Shown: piece by piece, positions 1 through 10,591 of the stretch
How positions within the stretch are numbered: the stretch's first letter is position 1
Layout of the letters: each line of letters begins with the position of its first letter
Assembly: GCA_964016885.1 (NCBI GenBank)
Contig: OZ024742.1
Span: forward strand, 376,836,001-376,900,000
Reading direction: 5' to 3'
Source: Eledone cirrhosa
Lineage: Eukaryota
DNA: 64,000 nt
Position numbers and translations under genes: made by a program
Notes under the pieces: model-generated
What the model was told of the DNA's origin: nothing
What the model saw: only the letters and a program-made list of their open reading frames with translations
Databases searched by the model: none

Positions 1-519
1 TCTCGCTCACAAACTTTGTAAACACTTTGCTCCTTCTCTCATACTCCCCCCCCCCCCCTCCCGCCTGATCGTAAGTATAAAATAAATCTTGCTGGTTCCC
101 AAGGACAGAATTTATCTATTTTATCTATCTTACGGGCAATCTGTCGATTTTGAGAATGTAAGCAATACTTGTCTTTTCTTTTATCCGTAGTCTTCTCAAT
201 AAGTAGTGTTTTAAACTCCTATTTATGCCAGTCTAAAATTCATATTCTTCGTTTTCCTCTCGGATTTTCATTATTATTTTACATGTTTTTAATATGTCTC
301 AATCTGTTGGACCCTTCCTAAAAACTAAACTTCTCCTAAAGTTACCCATTTCCCGCCCCCCACCTCCACACATCACCATTGCTATATGGTCCAATCATAA
401 CTCAGCGGCTTTAGTAAGTTCTCTAACAAATCAGTATAGCAAAGCTACCACCCTGGTTACTACTCCTTAAGTTTAGACCTGTCTGATGGGTGGACTGCGG
501 AAATTTGGAAAGTCTAAGC

Positions 520-3500
520 ACTCAATGACAATGTCACAGATAAAGATAAATTCACCCCCTGCTACAAGATGAGAATACAAGGACCCCTCTTTATTTCAGA
601 CATGGAGGACCAACAAAATTCCGTCTCCCACACCCCTCACTGCCCCTCCAACCCATCCATCCCATCCTCCCAACTTCAGAGTTGATACCATGAACGTAGG
701 TACATTGAAAGGTCGTTCAAATGCGGTTGTAGAGATGCTTGAACGTAAAGAAGTTGTTTGTTGTATTCAAGAGACTAGGTGGAGCGGGGGGGGGGGGGGG
801 GGGCTGCCAGATTCATCGTGCGTAAAAAACGATGCTATAAACTTTTCTGGGTGGGAAATGACAACGGACTGGGTGGTGTAGGAATTATGTTAGCTGAAAA
901 ATGGGTAGATAAGGTAATTGACGTAAATAGGGTGAATGACAGAATAATTAAATTAAGACTAGTTCTAAATAGAACTACTGTGACAATAATATCCGCTTAT
1001 GCACCCCAATCTGGTCTACCTGACGTTATAAAGGACAGGTTCTATTTTAATAATAATAATAATAATAATGAAATTATTGTGTAAAGTGCTCAGGTACACT
1101 ACAACTCGTCAAAGGTGCATGTATAGTACATAGAATAATACACAAATGTCATGGAAGTGAATAGTGTATGAGTCATGATATACATGTGTGTATGTGTATG
1201 GAGGGGGAACATTAGGTGTAGTGTTGGCGAATCTCGGGAAGCATGGAGGCCTTAAAGGATGCAGTGTCTCGACAGCTAACAACCGATGCAGGTAGTTTGT
1301 TCCATGCTTCAGCAACTCTGAGCATGAAGATGCTAATGCACACTGCCTCCCAAATAACCGACAGCGACTACTTAATTATTGCTGGCGATCTAAATGGTCA
1401 CGTTGGACAACATAGTGATTGCTATGATGGAATCCATGGAGGCAATGGGGTTGGAAATAGAAATGAGGAGGGCTTCAGAATCCTGGAATTCTGTGACGCA
1501 AATAGCCTATCTGTAACACAAACTTCAAAAAACGTGAAAACCACTTGATCACCTATAGATCAGGGGAACACGCCAGCCAGATAGATTATATCCTTACTAG
1601 AAGACGGGACAAAGTGTCTGTTGTAAACACTAAATCCCTCCCACATGAAGAATGCACCTCCCAACATATCCTAGTAGTCAGGAATAGACGTACTCGACAA
1701 CAGAGGAGGCCTACCTTGAGGAGAAGAATATGGAAGTTGAAGGACCCCATAGCCAGTGACAAATTTAAAAGCTTATTACTTGATGCCTTTGACAATAAGG
1801 AAGAGCAATATAGAGGAACAATTCTTGAAAGTGAACCTGCTGAAAGCAACAGATGAAATCTGTGGCTGGAGCAGACCTATTTGCAGGAGGAGAGTAACTT
1901 GGTGGAAGAGACAATCAAGGCCAAAAAGCAGGCTTAGAAAGTATGGTAGGATGGGGAAAGTAGAGAGCATTATCAAGTGGCCAGGAGAGAAGCTAGGAGA
2001 CAAGTGTACCTTGCAAAAAGGGTAGCAGAGGATAGAAAGTTCAAGCATGTTGCACAACGTGAGAACCAAAAACGTGAGGTACTCAGGATTGCTAGGCAAT
2101 GTGTCAAGGAAAACCGTGATATTGTCGGGGAGAAATGTGTCCATAATGAGAACGGTGTTCTTGCCCTCACTGATACTGATAAGAAGATAGCCTGGAAGTG
2201 TCACTACGAGAGACTATTAAATGAGGAGAATAAATGGGAAGAAAAAGATAGTCTGCCCCAAATCGATCCAATAGAAGGACCAGCAGTGCAAGTTAAAGGT
2301 AGTATAATAAGTAAGGCAATCAAAGATATGAAGACAGGCAAGGCAGCTGGGCCTTCGGAGATAGTTGCTGAGATGTTGAAGGCCTCTGGTATGGTGGGAC
2401 ACACTATGGTCACCCATATAGTTAACCAAGTAATACAAAATGGGGTCATACCAAAAGACTGGCGTAACAGCATCATTATTAACTGCTACAAGGGTAAAGG
2501 GGATGCTCTAGATAGGGGAAACTATAGAGGCATTAAGTTAGTTGACCAGGTCATGAAGGTCACAGAAAGAGTTATAGCACAACTAATCAGAGTGCGAATT
2601 GATCTAGATGAAATGCAGTTTGGGTTTGTGTCAGGTAAAAGTACCACAGATGCTCTTTTCCTTGTACGACAACTACAAGTACCTAGCTAAAAGTAAACCC
2701 CTCTACTTAGCTTTTGTAGACCTGGTGAAAGACTTTGACAGAGTCCCCTGCTCCATTATCTGGTGGGCTCTTAGAAAACTAGGTGTAGATGAATGGCTTG
2801 TGAGAGTTATACAAGCTATGTACAAAGAAACAGTCAGTAAGGTTAGAATTAACAATGAATATTGTGAAGTATTTAGTGTAAAAGTTGGCGTTCATCAAGG
2901 CTCTGTCCTTAGCCCCCTCCTATTTATTATTGCCCTTCAGGCTATAACAGAGGAGTTCAAGACCGGCTGACCATGGGAACTTCTATACGCAGATGATCTA
3001 ACGCTCATAGCTGAATCAATGGCTGAACTAGAGAAGAAATTCAAAACATGGAAGAATGGCCTAGAATTAAAAGGCCTTAAACTTAACTTGTTTAAGACTA
3101 AAGTTCTAGTTTGTAGAAAGGAAAATAGGGCACAGGAGCCCTTAGGGAAATGGCCATGCTCAGTGTGTAGGAAAGGAGTAGGCAGAAATTCCATTTTATG
3201 TCCCAAATGGAAAGTATGGGTACATAAAAGGTGTAGTGGGATCATAGGTAAACTATCTAAGAACGTAGACTTTATATGTGGCCGATGCTCAGGTGCAATA
3301 AGTAGCAAGTGTCCACAGGATACTAGCTCCTTCCATTGCCCAGATGGTTCTATAGAAATAGTGGACACCTTCCGTTACCTGGGTGACAAAATCAGCAGTG
3401 GTGGAGGGTGCTCTGAAAGTACAGTAGCCAGAGTCAGAACGGGATGGAAAAAATTCAGAGAGCTTATACCACTATTGGCCACAAAAGGTTTCTCTCTAAA

Positions 3501-4363
3501 AATGAAAGGCAGATTGTATGATGCCTGTATATGAACAGCAATGTTACATGGCAATGAGACATGGGCATTGTGTGCAGAGGACCTACGCAGACTGGAAAGG
3601 AATGAAGCATGCATGCTCCGTTGGATGTGTAATAGTAATATACATGAACGGCAAAGCATAAATGAATTAAGTGAGAAATTAGGAATAAGAGGGATCAGAT
3701 GCTGTTTACTCGAGAGAAGACTACGTTGGTATGGTCACGTGATGTGCATGAAAGACGACAGCTGCATAAAAAAGTGCAGGGCGATCAAAATTGATGGTAG
3801 TTATGGAGTAGGTAGACCCAGAAAAACCTGGGACGATTTGATAAATTCCGACCTCACACACTTGCACCTCTCTAAGACAATGTCACTGGACCGAGATCTT
3901 TGGCGCTACGCAGTAATACAGAAGACTCGCCTTGCCTATGTACAAAGCGAAACCTACAGTCAGTAGGCACCTCTTGACCAAATATACACCCCGATCCACT
4001 ACCGCTACCCTATCCTCCCACTCCCACCAACACCACCCTCTCTCTCTGTAAAGTTGGTACCACAACATCCAGTCCAAATAAATGAGATAATGAGATCGAG
4101 ATCGTGTAGGTGTCACGACAAAAAAAAAAAACAACCAGCCCACACTGTAATGTGGCCGTGTAGGTAACACGGTAAAAAGTTCCCAGTCCATACTGTAAAC
4201 GTGGCTGGTGTTAGGAAGGGCATTCAGCCATAGAAAACCTACCAGATAGTCCTATATGAGCGAGACACGGTCACCCGACCAACCTTGCCTCAAGTGGGAC
4301 AACTCCCGTCTAACCCGTGCTAGCATGGAAGATGGACGTTAAACGAAGATAATGATGATGATG
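520..4363 (+). mobile_element. RTE-clade LINE (family A), near full-length, degraded: APE endonuclease + RT + PHD-like finger + 3' UTR + (GAT)n tail
   Basis: ORF fragments NVGTL..CIQETRW, IISAYAPQSG, IAGDLNGHVG, QIDYIL (APE); NYRGIKL, QFGF, FVDL, GVHQGSVLSPLLF, LYADD, FRYLG (RT); multiple stops/frameshifts; tail GGACGTTAAACGAAGATAATGATGATG. 5' boundary approximate. Confidence 0.95.
1046..1323 (-). mobile_element. CR1-type LINE 3' fragment with (TTA)n tail inserted in the RTE endonuclease
   Basis: Minus frame reads RVAEAWNKLPASVVSCRDTASFKASMLPEIRQHYT (typical CR1 C-terminal RV..WN.LP..VV..FK motif); splits RTE frame KDRFY|..LMHTASQ; near-identical copy at 40896-41163. Confidence 0.8.
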
Positions 4364-4379
4364 TATACATATATATATT

Positions 4380-4411
<32 letters not shown>

Positions 4412-4482
4412 AATATATATATATACACACACACACACATATATATATATATAAATATATATATATACACACACACACACAT

Positions 4483-4545
<63 letters not shown>

Positions 4546-4558
4546 TATATATGTATAT

Positions 4559-5974
4559 GAGAAGAAATTCCAAACATGGAAGCATGGCCTAGAATCAAAA
4601 GGCCTTAAAATTAACCTGGCTAAGACTAAAGTTCTAGTTTGTAGGAAAGAAAATAAGGCGGCGGTCCCTTCCGGGAAATGGCCATGCTCAGTGTGTAGGA
4701 AAGGCGTAGGTAGAAACTCCATTTTATGTCCCAAATGCAAAGTATGGGTGCATAAAAGATGTAGTGGGATCACAGGTAAGCTAACTAAGAACATAGATTT
4801 TTGATGTGGCCAGTGCTCTGGTACAATAAGTAGCAGCAAGTGCTCAAAAAATACTAGCTCTTTCAATTGCGCAGAGGGTTCTATAGAAATAGTGGACAGC
4901 TTCCGTTACCTGGGTGACAAAATCAGCAGTGGGGGAGGGTGCTCTGAAAGTACAGTAGCTAGAGTCAGAACTGGATGGAAAAAGTTCAGAGAGCTTATAC
5001 CACTATTAGCCGCTAAAGGGTTCTCCCTAAAAATGAAAGGCAGGTTGTATGATGCCTGCATACGAACAGCAATGTTGCATGGCAGTGAGACCTGGGCATT
5101 GTGTGCAGAGGATATATGCAGACTGGAGAGGAACGAAGCTTGCATGCTCCGCTGAATGTGTAACAGTAATATACGTGAACGGCAAAGCATAAACGAACTA
5201 AGGAAAAAATTAGAAATAAGAGGGATCAGATGTTGTTTACTCGAGAGAAGGCTACGTTGGTATGGTCACGTGATGCGCATGAAAGACGACAGCTGTATAA
5301 CAAAGTGCAGAGCAATAAAGATAGATAGTAGCCACGGAGTAGGCAGACCCAGAAAAACCTGGGACGAGCTGATAAATTCCGACCTCACACACTTACACCT
5401 CTCCAAGACAATGTCACTGGACCGAGACCTTTGGCGGTACTCAGTAATAGAGAAGACCCGCCTTACCTAAATACAAAGTAAAACCTACTACAGTCAGTAG
5501 GCATCTCTAACAAAATACACCCCGTCCCACCACCCTCACCCCATCCACACCGCCCCCTTCAATGTAAAGTTATGTTGGTGCCACAACATCCAGGCCGAAA
5601 CAAATGAGATCGTGTAGGTGTCACGACAAAAAACACACAGTCCACGCTGTAATGTGGCCGTGTAGGCAACACAGTAAAAACCTCCCAGTCCCACACTGTA
5701 AATGTGGTTGGTGTTAGGAAGGGCATCCAGCTGTAGAAAATCCACCAGACAGTCCACGCTGTAATGTGGCCATGTAGGCAACACGGTAAAAACCTCCCAG
5801 CCCCACACTGTAAATGTGGTTGGTGTTAGGAAGGGCATCCAGCTGTAGAAAACCCGCCAGACAGTCCTATGCGAGCAAGACAACCACTCTTGCCTCAAGT
5901 GGGAAAACTCCCGTCCAAACCCATGCAAGCGTGGAACATGGAGGTTAAATGATGATGATGATGATGATGATGAT
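4559..5974 (+). mobile_element. RTE family A, 5'-truncated copy
   Basis: [29 protein letters not shown] finger..FRYLG..RLRWYGHV..GRPRKTW, 3' UTR and (GAT)n tail; begins directly in a (TA)n tract. Confidence 0.95.
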
Positions 5975-5988
5975 ATATATATACAGTG

Positions 5989-6160
5989 CCACACTGTAAA
6001 TGTGGTTGGTGTTAGGAAGGGCATCCAGCTGTAGAAAACCTGCCAGACAGTCCTATGCGAGCAAGACAACCACTCTTGCCTCAAGTGGGAAAACTCCCGT
6101 CCAAACCCATGCAAGCATGGAACATGGACGTTAAACGATGATGATGATGATGATGATGAT
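5989..6160 (+). repeat. Duplicated RTE-A 3' terminal segment with its own (GAT)n tail
   Basis: Near-identical to 5803-5974. Confidence 0.85.
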
Positions 6161-6165
6161 ATATA

Positions 6166-6490
6166 TCATCATTTCATTTTACGTCCGCTTTTTCCCTGCT
6201 TGCAAGGGTGGGACGGGAACTGATTCTGGCTTGATTTCTACAGCTGGATGCCCTTCCTAACACCAACCTCATTTACAGTGAGTGCTGGGTGCTCTTTTGC
6301 CATGGCACCTCCACGACCACTTTGCAGTGGAATGATAGGGACTGGGACCTCAGTCCCTATCATCTCATTTCTACAGCTGAGTAAACTGGAGCAATGTGAA
6401 ATAAAGTGTCTTGCTCAAGGAAACAACACAATTGAACTCACAACCTTTCGATTGCAAGGCCAATGCTCTAACCACTAAGCCATGTGCCTC
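6166..6490 (-). mobile_element. tRNA-head SINE with CORE-like body and RTE-derived 3' part, copy 1
   Basis: Minus: TGGCTTAGTGG (A box)...GAGTTCAATT (B box-like), TTCCTTGAGCAAGACACTT central domain, then RTE-type GGAAGGGCATCCAGCTGTAG motif and GGACGTAAAATGA tail. Confidence 0.8.
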
Positions 6491-6624
6491 CATATATATA
6501 TATATAAATTATATATAGATTTACATATACATAAACTAAACAGAGCGATAGATATATATATGTCTTCTATGGTCGTACTTTCTTGTTCTATGGACGTACT
6601 TTCTTGTATATATATATATATATA

Positions 6625-6972
6625 TCATCATCATCATCATCATCATTTTACGTCCACTTTCCCCGGCTTGCAAGGGTGTGACGGGAACTGATTCTGGCTT
6701 GATTTCTACAGCTGGATGCCCTTCCTAACACCAACCTCATTTACAGTGAGTGCTGGGTGCTTTTTTCCGTGGCACCTCCATGACCACTTTACAGTGAAAT
6801 GATAGGGACTGGGACCTCAGTCCCTATCATCTCATTTCTACAGCTGAATAAACTGGAGCAATGTGAAATAAAATGTCTTGCTCAAGGAAACAACACATAA
6901 CTCGGTCTGAGAATTGAACTCACAATCTTTCGATTGCAAGGCCAATGCTCTAACCACTAAGCCATGTGTCTC
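6625..6972 (-). mobile_element. tRNA-head SINE with CORE-like body and RTE-derived 3' part, copy 2
   Basis: Highly similar to 6166-6490, more complete B-box region. Confidence 0.8.
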
Positions 6973-7072
6973 CATATACATATATACACACATTTATAAC
7001 TATATATATATATATATTTATACACTTGGTGCAGTCTCAGTTCCACATTCTGTATTTATAAAGATATAGCTT

Positions 7073-10000
7073 CATCATCATCATTTTACGTCCACTTTTC
7101 CCTGCTAGCAAGGGTTGGACGGGTCCTATTCAGCACAGCATCTCTTCACTTGTCACGGTCCTTCATCATCTCCTCCGTGAGCTTCAGCAATCTGAGATCT
7201 GCTCTCACCACCTCCGCCCATGTTTTTTGTGGTCTACCTCTACTGTGTCTTCCTTCTACTGGGGTTTCTTGGCACTTCTTTACCCAGCGGTCATCCTCCA
7301 TGCGCATCACATGTCTATACCATCTCAACTTATCCCTCTTATGCAGTTTCTTTCTCAACTTGTCTATGCTTGGTCATTCACGCACATTGACATTGTACAT
7401 CCAATGGAGCATACTTGCCTCATTTCTCTCCAGCTGTCGCATATCCTCTGCAGTCGCTGCCCATGTCTCACTACCATGCAACATCGTGCATCTCACACAG
7501 GCATCATATAACCGTCCTTTTGTACGCAGGGAGAAACCCTTCTTTGTCAAGAGAGGAAGCAGCTCCCTAAACTTCATCCAACTCATCCTTATTCTAGATA
7601 ATATGGCATCGGAACCCCCCCCCCTCCCATGTTAATCTGATCACCTAGGTATCGGAAGGTATCAACTACTTTTATTGGAAAAATGTTTCTATCTCTGCGA
7701 TTACTACTGCCAACTTTCTCTGTACATCTATTGCATACATAGTTTTCCCTACCTGTTAGTTTGCCTGCTATCCCGCTGCATCTCTTGTGTACCCAAGATC
7801 TGCATTGCATACATTTTATGGAATTTATGCCAGTTCCTTTCCTACATATCGAACATGGCCATTTCCCTGATGGAATCAGAGTATTGTCCTCTTTTCTACT
7901 TATCAACACCTTTGTCTTAGCTAGGTTCACTCTCAGACCTCTTGATTCCAACTGCTGTTTCCATAGCCAGAATTTATTCTCTAGCTCCGCTACTGATTCT
8001 GCTATAAGAACCAGATCATCAGCATAGAGAGGTTCCCATGGGCATCCAGTCTTAAACTTCTCTGTTATGGCTTGGAGGACTATACTGAACAAGAGCGGGC
8101 TGAGGACGAACCCTAATGTATACCTACTTGTATCTGGAATTCCTCACTAAACTCCATTCCTACTCTCACTTTGCTGACAGCATCTCTGTACATAGCTTGC
8201 ACTGTCCTCACAAGCCATCCCTCAACACCTAGTTTCCTTAGGGACAACCAGATGACAGATTGGTGTATCCTATCAAAGGCCTTCTCTAGGTCAACAAAAG
8301 CTAAGTATAGTGGCTTATTCTTTTCTAAGAACCTCTCTTGTAGTTGCCTCACTAAGAAGAGGGCATCTGTTGTACTTTTCCGAGACACAAAACCAAACTG
8401 CATCTCATCTAATTTGACTCTTTCTCTAATCAGTTGCACTAATATTCTCTCTGCCACTTTCATAACCTGATCCATCAGCTTTATGACCCTATAATTGCTC
8501 CTCTCTAGAGCATCCCCTTTACCTTTGTAGCAATCACACGACCGTGACCTCTGGCATCACGCAGTAATACAGAAGACCCAATCCCTCACGGGTACAAGCC
8601 GAAGCTGAAGCATATAGACAATATACCCCTACACCCTCCCACTGCAAAGTGGTCATGGAGGTGCCATGGCAAAAAAGCATGCAGCCCACACTGTAAAGTG
8701 GACGTGTAGGCGCCACAGAAAAAAGCACCCAGCACTCTCTGTAAATGAGCTTGGTGTTAGGAAGGGCATCCAGCTGTAGAAATCAAGCCAGAATCAGTTC
8801 CTGTATGAGCAAGGCATGGTCAGCTGACTGGACACTGCCCACAACAGGAAAACCCGTCTAACCCATGCTAGCATGGAAGAACGGACGTAAAACGGTGATG
8901 ATGATGATGATGATGACTGCTGCACTAGACTTTGGGTATGACAACACCATATATGTAGCTTGATTGATGATGCGTGCAACCAGTTTAGTGCCAACTTCTG
9001 ATGCCTTCAGCATCTCAGCAATTATCCTTGACGGTCCAGCAGTGGAATACCGCACATCTCTGATCTTCCCATCGCAGAACATTGGCAAACCTCCTACTCT
9101 CAGCCTCCCTGTGTGCTAAGTACACCTGATGTCTAGCTTCTTTCTTAGTGGCTGTGTATCCTTCTCTACTCCCACCATTTTTCCAAGCCTTCCATGTCAG
9201 TCTTTTATCTCTAATGGCCCTATCTACTGTGCTGTTCCACCACCAGGTCACTCTCTGCCTGGTCGAAGCTCTGCTCCAACCACAAGTTTCTTCAGTAGCC
9301 TGCAGTAAGTTGTCACGTAAGAAAGTCCAGTTATCATCTATGCCATACAACTCTAAATCGTCTTCTTTTTCGTCATACATGTCTTGAAGGGCTTTGCTAA
9401 ATTTATATTTTAATGAAAGGTCTTTTGGCTTCCAGACCTTTCTTTTCTACACCTTCCTGTATGTCTCATTCTTTCTCTTGCTTACTGAGATGTCACTAAC
9501 GACTACCTATGCTGTGGGGTACATTCTTCACCACGGTATGTCTTAGTATTTGACACCATCTCTCTGTCTCACTGTCTAACTAGCAGACAGTCAATCTGGC
9601 TTATGTGCTCGCCTGATTTGTAGGTTATTAGGTGGTTGGTAGCCTTCTGGAAGTTAGTGTTGCAAATGGTTAGTGCATTTGCATCACAAAATTCAAGAAG
9701 CCTCACTCCTTCATTTCTTGAGCCGTAACTGTGCCCAACATGTACCCCAGTATATCCATGCTAGAGCTGTCCAACATGTCCATTGAAGTCCCCTGCTAGC
9801 ATAACGATGTCTCTGTCCTCTGTCATTGAGGCTGTTTGTAAAAGTTGCTCGTAAGAGCAGTCTTTCTCTTCTTTACCTAGGCCTGCCTGGGAAGCATAGG
9901 CAGAGATGATTGTCAGTAGTCTCTTGCCTACAACTAATCTAAGCTTAATTATTCTATTACTAACTCTAACTACCTCTATTGTCTTATTGACCCATCTCTC

Positions 10001-10580
10001 AGCCAGTAAAATGCCCACCTCACCTAACCCATCATCCTTACCTACCCAGAAAAGCTTATAACTACGATGTTTGCCTATGATTAGTCTTGCAGAGGTCCCT
10101 CTCCATCTCACCTCTTGCACACAGCACACATCCACATGCCTTCTCTCCAGCATCTCCGCTATCTCACCAGATCTACCTGTTAGAGTGCCAACATTAAGTG
10201 TGGCAACTCTGAGATGCGACGTCTTGTTCTTTTTCCTGTTGTGCGATTGCTTGATGACGGTCGCAGGGTTTTCGCACATAGCCGCACCAGCCATCCCACT
10301 ACCGTGTGCAGCCCTAACATGGTTAGAGTTATTGTTGTTTACACAGTTGTTACAAATTCCATTCGTTGCACTCATAGTGTTTGGCAGTAGTATATATACT
10401 GCTTGGATGCCCTTTCTAACACCAGCACCACTTTACAGCATGGACTGAGTGCTTTTATTCGTGCCACCAGCACTAGAGAGATTGTCTTACTGAACCCAGG
10501 GGCCCTATCCACCCCTCCATTTTACAGCATGGACTGAGTGCTTTTATTCATGCCACCAGCACTAGGGAAGTTGTCTTACT
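7073..10580 (-). mobile_element. RTE-clade LINE (family B), near full-length, degraded, including 5' UTR
   Basis: ORF 9761-10375 (ATLNVGTLTGRSGEI..CCVQEVRW..AGDFNGHVG), RT fragments 8113-8475 and 7589-8092 (LYADD, PHD finger), short 3' UTR and (GAT)n tail at 7073. Confidence 0.93.
8535..8916 (+). mobile_element. RTE family C 3' end inserted antisense into RTE-B
   Basis: Matches 28684-29050; interrupts RTE-B at the CSS|NCYKGKG region; (GAT)n tail. Confidence 0.88.
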
Positions 10581-10591
10581 GGACTTACTGT

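Noticed and set aside
1586-3659. Antisense ORFs overlapping RTE copies
   Set aside because: Shadows of the RT reading frame, recurring only because the element is repeated.
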